A stretch of 32,000 bases of DNA from Nostoc sp. PCC 7120 = FACHB-418 (GTDB taxonomy: Bacteria; Cyanobacteriota; Cyanobacteriia; Cyanobacteriales; Nostocaceae): positions 5,430,001 to 5,462,000 of the forward strand of contig NC_003272.1 of NCBI RefSeq assembly GCF_000009705.1. The letters run 5' to 3'. Below, one piece after another: positions 1 through 8,813 of the stretch. Positions within the stretch are counted from its first letter, which is position 1, and each line of letters opens with the position of its first letter. The position numbers and the translations under genes were made by a program. Under the pieces are notes generated by a model, which had not been told where the DNA came from, ran no database searches, and saw nothing but the letters and a program-made list of their open reading frames with translations.

Positions 1-166
1 TGGTAAAGAAAATTAATTAGTCAGCAGTCAACAGTCTCACTAATTCCAAATTCATCGCGTGTGAGATGGATCGGAAAGTGTACAATTATTTAACCCATAA
101 CAACAAAGTTTTAAATAATTAGCACGGGGGGTTTATATAAATCTCACTCGCGCGTGCAAGAGAAAT

Positions 167-925
167 ATGTATGACGAAGAAGACCTAAGCCTACTCGATA
201 TCGAGGAGGAGTTAGAAAGCCCCTTAGATAAGATAGAACCGATTACGGCTGAGTCAGAAATACCAAAGCCTGACCCAGATGAAATGCTAGCGCTCCTAGA
301 CAATCCGCAACCACAAAAACGGATGTTAGCAGCTCGCGCTTTTTGCGATATCGAAGACTCACGCGCTACGCCAATTTTGATTCGTCTTTTGAGTGATAAC
401 TGTCCACTGGTACGAGTGAGTGCATCCTATGGCATCGGTCGTAATCCCAGCGCAGATGCAGTTGAACCATTAATTGCCCAACTGTATCGAGATTTGAATG
501 GCTACGTCAGAAAAGGTGTTGTTTGGGCATTAGGTAACTGCCACGATCGCCGTTGTTTAGCACCCCTAGCCGATGCTCTCAGAACGGATATTTCCGCCGT
601 GCGCCTTTGGTCTGCTAGCGCCTTAGCCCAGATGACAGGAGTTGGCTATGAGGCGATCGTTGGTGCAATCCCACCACTAATTGAAGCTCTAGTACAAGAT
701 ACAGTAGCCGCAGTGCGGAGTAACAGCGCGTGGTCAATTGGGCAATTGTGTAAAGAACTGCCTTCTAATATAGTTTACGCTACAGCGATCGACGCTTTAA
801 TTCAAGCCTTCGCCGAAGACAAAGACTTAGGTGTGCGCGAAGATGCGAAAGCCTCATTATTAGGTGTAGGCGACCCCCGTGGCTTGCAACTGATTGAAAC
901 CTTAGAACAAGAAGGCTGGTTTTAG
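167..925 (+). CDS. HEAT-repeat protein (PBS-lyase/NblB-like HEAT repeats) with acidic N-terminal tail
   Basis: 252-aa ORF with an ATG start. It contains repeated ~30-aa helical units ending in '..VR..a..aLG' followed by 'a..pLi.aL' (PLVRVSASYGIGRN..AVEPLIAQL; YVRKGVVWALGNC..CLAPLADAL; SAVRLWSASALAQM; AAVRSNSAWSIGQL; LGVREDAKASLLGVGDPRG). These are typical of cyanobacterial HEAT-like repeat proteins. Confidence 0.8.
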   Translation: MYDEEDLSLLDIEEELESPLDKIEPITAESEIPKPDPDEMLALLDNPQPQKRMLAARAFCDIEDSRATPILIRLLSDNCPLVRVSASYGIGRNPSADAVEPLIAQLYRDLNGYVRKGVVWALGNCHDRRCLAPLADALRTDISAVRLWSASALAQMTGVGYEAIVGAIPPLIEALVQDTVAAVRSNSAWSIGQLCKELPSNIVYATAIDALIQAFAEDKDLGVREDAKASLLGVGDPRGLQLIETLEQEGWF

Positions 926-1034
926 GGTGTAGGGGTGTAGGGAAAGCAGGAGAGGATAGAAAAGAAAAGACCAATGACAACTGACTATTGACTCTTACAA
1001 CTCCCCAATCCCCAGTCCCCAATCCCCAGTCCCC
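925..1034. repeat. STRR-type short tandem repeats (GGTGTAGG x2 at 925-942; heptamer CCCCA(A/G)T x4.5 at 1003-1034)
   Basis: Read directly: gggtgtaggggtgtaggg, and ccccaat ccccagt ccccaat ccccagt cccc. Period-7 arrays of this kind are characteristic of heterocystous cyanobacteria. The 86-aa antisense ORF at 780..1040 is just a translation of this array. Confidence 0.9.
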
Positions 1035-1042
1035 ACTCACCT

Positions 1043-1456
1043 CTACTTATTCTCAACCCCAGGCTTAACCAAATTTAAGTCATAAGGACGCTCTGTATCG
1101 TCCTCACCTAAATATTCACCATTTTGAATTTCTAGAATTACTAACGGGATAGACCCTGGGTTATCTACTTTATGTAGTGTTGCGGCTGGTACATAAGTTG
1201 ACTGATTACGACCTAGCAAAACTTCATCATCGCCACAAGTCACCTTAGCAACACCAGAGACTACCACCCAATGTTCATTACGGTGATAATGGATTTGGGG
1301 TTTAATACCATGTCTAGGCTTGATTTCAATGCGACTAATTCTGTAGCTTTCTCCCTCTTCAATTACCTCCACATTACCCCAGTAACGTGAACCTGAGTGT
1401 GAGGAAGAATCATTAGCCTCTAACTGCCCATTGTTTTCACTCTGAGTCATAACCAA
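1043..1456 (-). CDS. Cupin-domain protein, mannose-6-phosphate isomerase type II C-terminal (ManC-like) cupin
   Basis: 137-aa ORF. The cupin core 'GIKPQIHYHRNEHWVVVSGVAKVTCGDDEVLLGRNQSTYVPAATLHKVDNPGSIPLVILEIQNGEYLGEDDTERPYD' resembles the C-terminal cupin of GDP-mannose pyrophosphorylase/PMI type II enzymes. Confidence 0.75.
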   Translation of the reverse strand: MVMTQSENNGQLEANDSSSHSGSRYWGNVEVIEEGESYRISRIEIKPRHGIKPQIHYHRNEHWVVVSGVAKVTCGDDEVLLGRNQSTYVPAATLHKVDNPGSIPLVILEIQNGEYLGEDDTERPYDLNLVKPGVENK

Positions 1457-1629
1457 ACTTCTCAGCTAAAAGATTATTAATGTTTTCAGGTAATTTAACT
1501 TAAACCAGAGAAAACCAAGAACAAGAGGTGCAATATTATTTGATGATTACTAATGCTCTCAGTCTAGTCTAGTCCATAAATTGTATCTAAATTTAAACAT
1601 GGAATAATTCCTGTTTTTCTCTCTAATCT

Positions 1630-2976
1630 CTAACCCCCTGTATATTGAATTCGGTAAATGCGATCGTTTGCTTCTTCTGTAACTAATAGACTACCGTCAG
1701 GTAATACAAGTAAACCTACAGGTCGCCCCCAAGTGGTTGGTATATCAGGGTCTAGCATAAATCCAGTGAGAAAATCTTCATAGTAACCTTGCGGTCTTCC
1801 TTGGCTATTAAAGGGAACAAATACTACTTTATATCCAGTACCGCGATCGCGGTTCCAAGAACCTCGAAAAGCCACAAAAGCACCGTTACGATATCTTTGA
1901 GGAAAAGTTTGACCATCATAAAATTGCAAGCCCAATGCAGCTGAGTGAGCTTGAAACAAGACATCTGGGTTACGGGTACGCGCTGCTAAATCTGGGCGCT
2001 TACTTTGATCACCTGTTTTTTGTCTGGGGTCGAGGTTTTCGGGTTTAAAGTAGGCATAAGGCCAGCCGTAAAATTCCCCTTGGCGAATCCGTGTCAGGTA
2101 ATCTGGAACCAAATCATCACCAATTCCATCCCTCTCGTTCACGGTAGTATAAAGTTCTTTGGTCACAGGATGAAAGTCAAGACCAACAGGGTTACGTAAG
2201 CCAAAGGCAAAAGTCTGCTTTTGAGAACCATCCAAATTCATCACCTGCACAGAAGCTCTTGGTAATTCTTCCTCATCCACATTAGAACGAGAACCAACGG
2301 AAACATATAGTTGTTTACCATCAGGTGATGCCACAACATTACGAGTCCAGTGTTGATTGTAACCACCACCGGGGAGGTCAGCAATTTTTGTACCAGTGCC
2401 AGTGAGTTGTTGCTGTCCTTTGGTGTAGGGAAACTGTAAAACGGCATCGGTATTACCTAAAAAGAAGGAATTGCCAGCAAACGCCATCCCAAAGGGAATA
2501 TTCAGTCCATTTTCCCCACTAGCAAAAGTCTGACGGACATCCGCTACCCCATCGCCGTTAGTATCACGCAATAAACGAATCCGGTTTTGTCTAGTTTCCG
2601 TCACCAACACATCGCCACTGGGAGTTAAAGCCAGCCAGCGAGGTGCGTCTAGACCTTCGGCAAAAACATTAACTGTAAACCCGGCTGGGACTTTCAGAAC
2701 TGGTTTTTGGGGAATCGATACAACTTGCGGGGCTTTAGATGCACTATCTGTAGCAAAGGGCGCTGGTAAATTCTGTAAGTCAATACGGATAGGTGTAGGT
2801 GAAAATGTTTCTGTAGGGATGAGGTTCTTTCCCTGTGTGGGATTTTGCGCCAGTTGAGCCGCAGATGTAGATGCTTCTTGTGGTGGGGAATTATCTAATG
2901 AGGCGCTAGTCTGGTTACAGGCTGCTGAGGTGATGAATAGAAACACAGGCAGCACGAAACGCCCAGAAACCTTCAT
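1630..2976 (-). CDS. PQQ-dependent sugar (glucose/sorbosone) dehydrogenase family beta-propeller, probable lipoprotein
   Basis: 448-aa ORF. The N-terminal signal peptide has a lipobox-like 'ITSAAC'. Propeller hallmarks are present: 'PRWLALTPSGDVLVTE', 'DTNGDGVAD', 'HWTRNVVASPDGKQLYVSVGSRSN', 'GLRNPVGLDFHP', 'GEFYGWPY', 'PVGLLVLPDGSLLVTEE..DRIYRI'. Confidence 0.8.
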   Translation of the reverse strand: MKVSGRFVLPVFLFITSAACNQTSASLDNSPPQEASTSAAQLAQNPTQGKNLIPTETFSPTPIRIDLQNLPAPFATDSASKAPQVVSIPQKPVLKVPAGFTVNVFAEGLDAPRWLALTPSGDVLVTETRQNRIRLLRDTNGDGVADVRQTFASGENGLNIPFGMAFAGNSFFLGNTDAVLQFPYTKGQQQLTGTGTKIADLPGGGYNQHWTRNVVASPDGKQLYVSVGSRSNVDEEELPRASVQVMNLDGSQKQTFAFGLRNPVGLDFHPVTKELYTTVNERDGIGDDLVPDYLTRIRQGEFYGWPYAYFKPENLDPRQKTGDQSKRPDLAARTRNPDVLFQAHSAALGLQFYDGQTFPQRYRNGAFVAFRGSWNRDRGTGYKVVFVPFNSQGRPQGYYEDFLTGFMLDPDIPTTWGRPVGLLVLPDGSLLVTEEANDRIYRIQYTGG

Positions 2977-3120
2977 GATGGTGCGGATACATACACAACT
3001 TTCTTAATGTAAGCTAGAAGTTCAATAATTGCCGCCTGTCACAAGTTTGATTTTTACTGGTTAGGGTTTTCGTGCTTATCGTCTTACCTAATAAATTTCA
3101 GTTTTGTTTCCGCCAAAGTC

Positions 3121-3534
3121 TCAGTTAGATACAGCACCTAATTGCCGCATTAACGCCATCATGTCACCTTGACCCCAATGTTCTACAATTTTGCCATTAA
3201 TGACATGATCAATATGAATGACTGAAAATTTGACGTGCTTTCCTGTCGGTGGAATACCCATAATTTCTCCTTGATGAGTTCCACTGAATGTCCCACGGGT
3301 AACAACCTTATCGCCTTCAGCAATCACATCGATAAAAGTGTGGGAACCATCTGGAAAAGCAGAACGCATCATCAGTGCATACTCAAAAAAAGCATCAGAT
3401 CCTTGAAGTTGATGGCTCCCCATCACACAGCCAATAATATCTGAGGCTACAAATGTTTTACCTTTTTCGATGTCTCCTAAATCAAAGGCTTCGTAAGCTT
3501 GCAGGACTATAAATTTATTATCTTCTAATGACAT
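3121..3534 (-). CDS. SnoaL-like ester cyclase family protein
   Basis: 137-aa ORF of ester-cyclase size and pattern: 'NKFIVLQAYEAF', 'AEGDKVVTRGTFSGTHQGEIMGIPPTGKHVKFSVIHIDHVINGKIVEHWG'. It lies 70 nt downstream of the Crp-family gene on the same strand. Confidence 0.7.
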   Translation of the reverse strand: MSLEDNKFIVLQAYEAFDLGDIEKGKTFVASDIIGCVMGSHQLQGSDAFFEYALMMRSAFPDGSHTFIDVIAEGDKVVTRGTFSGTHQGEIMGIPPTGKHVKFSVIHIDHVINGKIVEHWGQGDMMALMRQLGAVSN

Positions 3535-3604
3535 GAAAGGTTTTGATGCTGAAATATTGCGTTACGAATCTACCTTGTTAGTTGCTCTGTTGCATTGACT
3601 TAGG

Positions 3605-4237
3605 TTAAGAAACTTGCTGCTGTTTGACTCTGCGTTTTAATCGGCTTAAAGATTCTGGTTCAATTCCCAGATATGATGCTAGGTAGTATTGAGGAATGCG
3701 CTGTAAGAGTTCGGGTTCTTTTTGAATTATCTTCAGATAACGCTGTTCAGGCGTATCCCTAAAAAGAGACAGCAATTTATCTCGCAGCATAAACGCAAGA
3801 CTTTCAGCATGGAGCCTCAAAAGTTTTTGTCCATCTGGACTTACTTCAAAAACTTCTAATGCCTCATGGTTGATAACCAGTACCTCAGAATCTTCAATCG
3901 CCTCACAAGAAAAACAGGCGGGTATTTGTTTGCAAAAGCTCTCGTAATCACCCAGTGGTTGATGTTCGACATGAAAAAATAAAGTGAACTCTTTTCCGTC
4001 TTTTAAGAAAAATGTTCTCAGACAACCTTTCAGCGTCAAGCCAAGAACTTCACAAACATCACCCTCCCGCAAAAAGAATTCACCCTTATTAACTTTTTTG
4101 ACCTCTAAAAGTGGTTCAACAAGGGTGAGGTCAATTTTGAAATCGGGCAAAAGTTGCCGAATGAATTCGTGAAATGATTCATACATTTGATCATCGGAAT
4201 TTAAACTTGTGATGGTTTGAACCTGATCTAAGCTCAA
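3605..4237 (-). CDS. Crp/Fnr-family transcriptional regulator (cNMP-binding-like domain plus C-terminal HTH)
   Basis: 210-aa ORF from a TTG. An internal ATG at 4186 (MYESFHEF...) would give 193 aa and is an equally plausible start. It has a beta-roll effector domain (VKKVNKGEFFLREGDVCEVLGLTLKGCLRTFF) and a C-terminal 'IPQYYLASYLGIEPESLSRLKRR' HTH. Confidence 0.75.
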   Translation of the reverse strand: MSLDQVQTITSLNSDDQMYESFHEFIRQLLPDFKIDLTLVEPLLEVKKVNKGEFFLREGDVCEVLGLTLKGCLRTFFLKDGKEFTLFFHVEHQPLGDYESFCKQIPACFSCEAIEDSEVLVINHEALEVFEVSPDGQKLLRLHAESLAFMLRDKLLSLFRDTPEQRYLKIIQKEPELLQRIPQYYLASYLGIEPESLSRLKRRVKQQQVS

Positions 4238-4312
4238 GTAGCAATTCTCTAAAGGTAAGATGATTAAATTAGTTTATATACTATTTCTGAATTTATATAG
4301 TGGAGGTAAATA

Positions 4313-5044
4313 ATGGGATTGGCTGGTGTCAGAATTGTGTTGGTAGAACCATCTGGCCCGTTGAATGTAGGTGCGATCGCCAGAGTGATGAAAAATTTTG
4401 GATTAGCACATCTAGTCTTAGTTAGTCCCCAATGCGATCCACTATCTGAAGACGCGATGAGAATGGCAGTCCATGCCAAAGAAATTTTAGAATCTGCTAT
4501 CACAGTCCCAACCTTACCAGCAGCATTACATGGATGTGTGCGGGCGATCGCCACTTCAGGCCGCGATAATGATTGGGGCTTAACTTTAGAAACGCCCAGA
4601 ATAGCTCTACCTTGGTTATTAGAAGAAACCGGTCAACCCTCAGCATTGATTTTTGGCAGAGAAGATAGGGGTCTAAGTAATGAAGAATTAATTTACGCCC
4701 AAAGATTTATTCGCATTCCCACCAGTCCCGATTATCTGTCTTTAAATCTGGCTAGTGCCGTCGGGATATGCTGCTACGAACTAGCACAAAATCTAACACC
4801 ACCGGAAACTCAAACAATCAGCGAAACGGAGTTTGCGCCTTTAGAGTTTGTGGAGGCGTACTATCAACAATTAGAATCCTTACTACTAAGAATTGGCTAT
4901 TTATATCCTCACACAGCAACCAGCCGTATGGAAAAATTTCGCCAACTATATAACCGTGCTTACCTGCAAACGCATGAAGTGGGAATGCTTCGCGGCATTC
5001 TACGACAGATAGAATGGGCAATGGACAACCAGCGTGATGTGTAA
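4313..5044 (+). CDS. TrmH/SpoU-family RNA 2'-O-methyltransferase (TrmJ/LasT-like group)
   Basis: 243-aa ORF. SPOUT motifs are present: 'IVLVEPSGPLNVGAIARVMKNFG', 'ALIFGREDRGLSNEEL', 'IRIPTSPDYLSLNLASAVGICCYEL'. Confidence 0.8.
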   Translation: MGLAGVRIVLVEPSGPLNVGAIARVMKNFGLAHLVLVSPQCDPLSEDAMRMAVHAKEILESAITVPTLPAALHGCVRAIATSGRDNDWGLTLETPRIALPWLLEETGQPSALIFGREDRGLSNEELIYAQRFIRIPTSPDYLSLNLASAVGICCYELAQNLTPPETQTISETEFAPLEFVEAYYQQLESLLLRIGYLYPHTATSRMEKFRQLYNRAYLQTHEVGMLRGILRQIEWAMDNQRDV

Positions 5045-5177
5045 TTCGTAATTATGCCCAGAGACATTGTTTCCCAATTTGGTATAATTCATTGTCTAAT
5101 ATCTACGCAAGTATTCCCCAAAATATTTAATATGGCTTAAACTAAACACAAAAATGTTACTAGTATTGAGTAATGGA

Positions 5178-5330
5178 GTACTGGGTACTGGGGACTGGAA
5201 AGAGGTTAGCTCAAGTCTATGGATTTGCCTATAGCTCTATCCATGATTTTCCCGATGGAGAAAAGCCCACAACCAAAGGATAACAATGTTTCTTTCCCAA
5301 TACCCAATCCCTAGTCCCCAATCCCCAATT
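5178..5330. repeat. Inverted pair of STRR heptamer arrays (GTACTGG x3 at 5178-5198; CCCAATN/CCCTAGT x5 at 5296-5330)
   Basis: Read directly. The two arrays are roughly complementary and flank about 100 nt. The long antisense ORF at 5229..5876 partly translates them (..NWGLGTRDWVLG..). Confidence 0.8.
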
Positions 5331-5352
5331 CAAGCAGCCGATGGCGTAAGTT

Positions 5353-6912
5353 TTGAATCGGGAGTCGGCAGAAAACAATTTGAGTGGGTCACAAGGAGTG
5401 GCAGTGTCAGAGTCAAGTGACAAACTAAGAGATTTTTCGCGGCGACAACCCGCCAACCGCCGCCAGCGATCGCGTAAAGTCCAAAAGGTAGAATCGAAAA
5501 AGGTCAAAGCTCCTAACCCGCAGCGTGCAGGCACGGGAGCAGCAGTGATCACGCGCTCTAATAATAACGCTGTACCTCCCCCTGTTGCTGTTGGGGGTCG
5601 CAGACCCAAACAAGGGCTGGTTATGCCCAGTGTAGTCAAACCCATTCCCACAGCCAAACGGCCGATACCTCCCTTCAACCCCAACAATGTAAAAGTCAGA
5701 ACAGTACGAGTGCAGAAGCAGCCGATGCCCCAGATCGGTAGACGAGTATCACGCAAGACTAGATTAAAGCCAATGGCCAGAGCCATTTTGTATGCTATAC
5801 GCTTATTAATTGTCGGAGTGGGTATTGGTGCGATCGTCGGTACAGTTTTGTCGGTTTTAGACCCTGCCACTCGCATGGCTCCTATTTCTACCCCATCTAA
5901 TACCAGTAACGCAGGACAAACTCAGTCAAAACCTACCCCAGCAGCAGGTTTATACTTGACTCAAGAAATTACACCTCTCAAAAATGTTGTGCAGCAATTG
6001 GCTACTGCTACTCCTAACCTCAGCCCTGGGGTCTTCTTGGTAGATTTAGACACAGGAGGTTATGTAGATATCAATGCTGCTAATGCTTTACCAGCCGCTA
6101 GCACAATTAAAATCCCGATTCTTGTTGCTTTCTTCCAAGATGTGGATGCTGGGAAGATCCGCTTGGATGAATTGCTGACCATGAAACAGGAAATGGTAGC
6201 AGGGGGTTCAGGAAATTTTCAATACAAACCAGCCGGAACTCAGTACCCTGCCTTGGAAGTTGCTACGAAAATGATCACCATTAGCGACAACACAGCTACT
6301 AATATGCTGATTACCCGACTGGGAGGTATGGAAGCACTAAATGAGCGTTTTCGTAGTTGGGGATTAACAAATACAGTCATTCGCAATATCTTGCCAGACC
6401 TACCAGGGACAAACACCACTAGTCCCAAAGAGTTGGGAAACATTATGACTATGGTAAGTCAGGGTAATTTGGTGAGTATGCGATCGCGTGATCAAATTCT
6501 CGATATCATGCGTCAAACAGAGCGAGATAATCTCCTACCCTCTGGTTTAGGCGCAGGTGCCAGGGTGTACCATAAAACTGGTGATATCGGTACTATGTTG
6601 GCCGATGCTGGGTTAATTGACACACCCACAGGGAAGCGTTATGTAGTTGCTGTCATGGTACAGCGCCCCAATAATGATCCCCGTGCGGAAAAACTCATTA
6701 GCTCAATTTCTCGTGCAGCCTACCAACAGTTTAGCCAAAGTGAGCCAACGCCTAGTAATACGACCAGTAATCTACCTACAACCGCTTATCCTTCACCAGT
6801 CATGGCTTCTCCAGCCACCAACACACCCATAAATCCATCAATTGCCCCTCCCATATCTAATAGTTATCCCGCTCCAGTGATGAATCCACAATATTATCCA
6901 CCAAACAGATAA
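5353..6912 (+). CDS. Membrane-anchored class A beta-lactamase-fold serine hydrolase with basic N-terminal extension and Pro-rich C-terminal tail
   Basis: The ORF is 519 aa from a TTG, but the true start is uncertain. In-frame candidates include a GTG near 5398 and ATGs encoding MPSVV, MPQIG and MARAILY. It has a TM helix 'AILYAIRLLIVGVGIGAIVGTVLSVL' and the motifs S-x-x-K 'ASTIKIPIL', S-D-N 'ISDNTATN' and K-T-G 'HKTGDIG'. Confidence 0.7.
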   Translation: MNRESAENNLSGSQGVAVSESSDKLRDFSRRQPANRRQRSRKVQKVESKKVKAPNPQRAGTGAAVITRSNNNAVPPPVAVGGRRPKQGLVMPSVVKPIPTAKRPIPPFNPNNVKVRTVRVQKQPMPQIGRRVSRKTRLKPMARAILYAIRLLIVGVGIGAIVGTVLSVLDPATRMAPISTPSNTSNAGQTQSKPTPAAGLYLTQEITPLKNVVQQLATATPNLSPGVFLVDLDTGGYVDINAANALPAASTIKIPILVAFFQDVDAGKIRLDELLTMKQEMVAGGSGNFQYKPAGTQYPALEVATKMITISDNTATNMLITRLGGMEALNERFRSWGLTNTVIRNILPDLPGTNTTSPKELGNIMTMVSQGNLVSMRSRDQILDIMRQTERDNLLPSGLGAGARVYHKTGDIGTMLADAGLIDTPTGKRYVVAVMVQRPNNDPRAEKLISSISRAAYQQFSQSEPTPSNTTSNLPTTAYPSPVMASPATNTPINPSIAPPISNSYPAPVMNPQYYPPNR

Positions 6913-7188
6913 TTGGCTTGCCTTTACATGAGCCTTAACAACTTGATTAGGGAACACCAAAAAATAAATTATCCAAAATTGTATGGTTTGGTAGGGTGCT
7001 TCAGTATGAATAATTTCTGAGTATAATTAGTTTTTATCTTACTAACACACCCTACATTTTGGATATTTTTTATCTGGAAGTAACTTAAACTATTCCCGCA
7101 GAAGTTAGACAAAGTTCAGAACAAAACTTGGACGAGATTGCTAATTATCTCCAATTCCAAGAATAACTTCTCAAGTAACCAAACAAAT

Positions 7189-7512
7189 TCATTTATTTAT
7201 TCTAGGATTATTATGATTACTTGGTAAGGGTTGAGGCTTTTCAAAAGGCAATAATTTTTCTTGAATTGATAACTGGTTGGGAATCTTGAGAACAGATTCT
7301 TGAGCCTGTCTATTTGTTGTGAGTAAAAGATAGATTTCTCTATCGAACAGATCTCTTCCCTGTTTAAAGAAGTTTGGTTCTCTAGGAATTAAACCGCTAG
7401 TAATCCGAGAATTTTCATTAGCTACTGCTGGCGTACTTAACAGCAAAACTGCTAAAGACAATTTTATGGGTGTAGCTAAACCGGAAAATATTTTCTGCAC
7501 AATATTTTTCAT
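7189..7512 (-). CDS. Hypothetical secreted protein (signal peptide)
   Basis: 107-aa ORF with an ATG preceded by GGGGAG 6 nt upstream. The N-terminal signal peptide is 'KLSLAVLLLSTPAVA-NE'. I recognise no family. Confidence 0.5.
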   Translation of the reverse strand: MKNIVQKIFSGLATPIKLSLAVLLLSTPAVANENSRITSGLIPREPNFFKQGRDLFDREIYLLLTTNRQAQESVLKIPNQLSIQEKLLPFEKPQPLPSNHNNPRINK

Positions 7513-7520
7513 ATTGCTCC

Positions 7521-7759
7521 CCTGTTATAGCCTTAGCCAGATAGATTAATACATCAAGCTAAGATAAAAACCTGACAATAAAAAGCTTTCAAGCCTGTCA
7601 ACAGCTAACCCTCCGGGTACTCTTCGAGAACTCCTTTCCTACGGAACGCTCCGCGAACGGAGAACGGCAGTTCGCAAGACGCTCCTTTGTCGCTACCGCT
7701 AACGCTAACGACGCAAAAGCCAAGACTGCGACTGACTCACAATCAACAGCCATAACAGG
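7521..7759. mobile_element. MITE-like non-coding element with 12-bp imperfect terminal inverted repeats (CCTGTTATAGCC / AGCCATAACAGG)
   Basis: The TIRs were read directly and match at 10 of 12 positions. Positions 7524-7608 are about 80 percent identical to the reverse complement of 30861-30959. Positions 7609-7747 are an extra internal segment rich in CGCGAACG/ACGCTAACG-type words with a ctccg-cgaa-cggag hairpin. There is no ORF. Confidence 0.6.
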
Positions 7760-8275
7760 TTAATACCCTGTTGACATTGAAAGGTACTTTCCATTCAAAA
7801 AGCCTCTTTGATTGTTCAGAGATGTCGTGTTTTGGGCTTATTCTTATTGCTGTTGTACAAAACTATTATACCAAGTCCGGTTAATGACCAACGATATTGT
7901 TAGTCTGATAGGTTAATATTCGCAACCTACTGAGTTACTTTAGCTGTTTAATAATTCTTTTAGCGCTTGTGCTAAATATGCGTACTGCTCTAGCTTCTTG
8001 TAAATCTGCGCTGAATCCTGATTAACAATCGCGGCGATTATGGTCAGAGAACTACCTGTAACTGAATACCAAAGTTATCAAAGCATTAGGTACAAAAACC
8101 AAATCACATCAGCATTCACAAACGCCGCTAGTTTGGCTCTAGCGTTATCTAAATAGTGGTTCCCATACCCTACCAAAAAATCGCAATGGTTCCCGTTCTA
8201 GTTACGATTATCGCCAAAGTAGGGGAGTAGCTCATTTCAGTCTGTTCTACACCACCAATACTGTCTTATGACAAG

Positions 8276-8467
8276 CACCATAAGACGAATGGTACTAAGA
8301 TAAGCGCAAATCTTTAAGGTATAAGGCTTTTGGGGTGTAAGGGTGTAAGGGAAACAACTAATACTTAAGTGAAAATATCTCATCAATACTGTTTGTTCTT
8401 CTCCTAACCCCTACACCCATTCACAGCAAGAGTTGCACCTTTTCTTAGCGACATTCCACCATAAGAC
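8276..8467. mobile_element. MITE-like element (8287-8456) flanked by 11-bp direct repeats CACCATAAGAC
   Basis: The direct repeats sit at 8276-8286 and 8457-8467. The element ends gaatggtactaagataag.. and ..cttttcttagcgacattc are imperfect inverted repeats (14 of 18). The interior carries GGGGTGTAAGGGTGTAAGGG (8332-8351) and its near-complement CCTAACCCCTACACCC (8403-8418). Confidence 0.5.
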
Positions 8468-8587
8468 CCATGATTCAGGAAGACCACACGTTGATTCTGT
8501 GACAAAATTGCGAAAATCCATCAGGGGGCTAGTGAAGTCTGATATTTAGCCCTTCATTCTTACCCTTTAGTTTTCTCTATTTTTAAA

Positions 8588-8659
<72 letters not shown>

Positions 8660-8813
8660 ACGTTGCTCTCACGATTTATAATATTATCGTAGTCGATAGG
8701 ATATGGCAAGTACTTTTGCAAAAAAAATTTTCCAGTAGCTTTCTTATCTAGATTATTTCCAGCCAAAGCCTTCTCTAGATGGACACTAGAGACTTTGAGA
8801 TGCTAATATTTAC

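Noticed and set aside
925-1034. The possibility that the short regular repeats (here, and at 5178-5330, 15802-15847 and 9613-9683) are CRISPR arrays.
   Set aside because: The period is 7-8 nt with no unique spacers, and there are no cas genes. These are STRR-type tandem repeats characteristic of heterocystous cyanobacteria.
5229-5876. A 215-aa minus-strand ORF overlapping the 5' part of the beta-lactamase-fold gene.
   Set aside because: Part of it is simply a translation of the STRR heptamer array (..NWGLGTRDWVLG..). The rest is Gly/Leu/Thr low complexity antisense to the basic N-terminal region. It has no start context or motif support.
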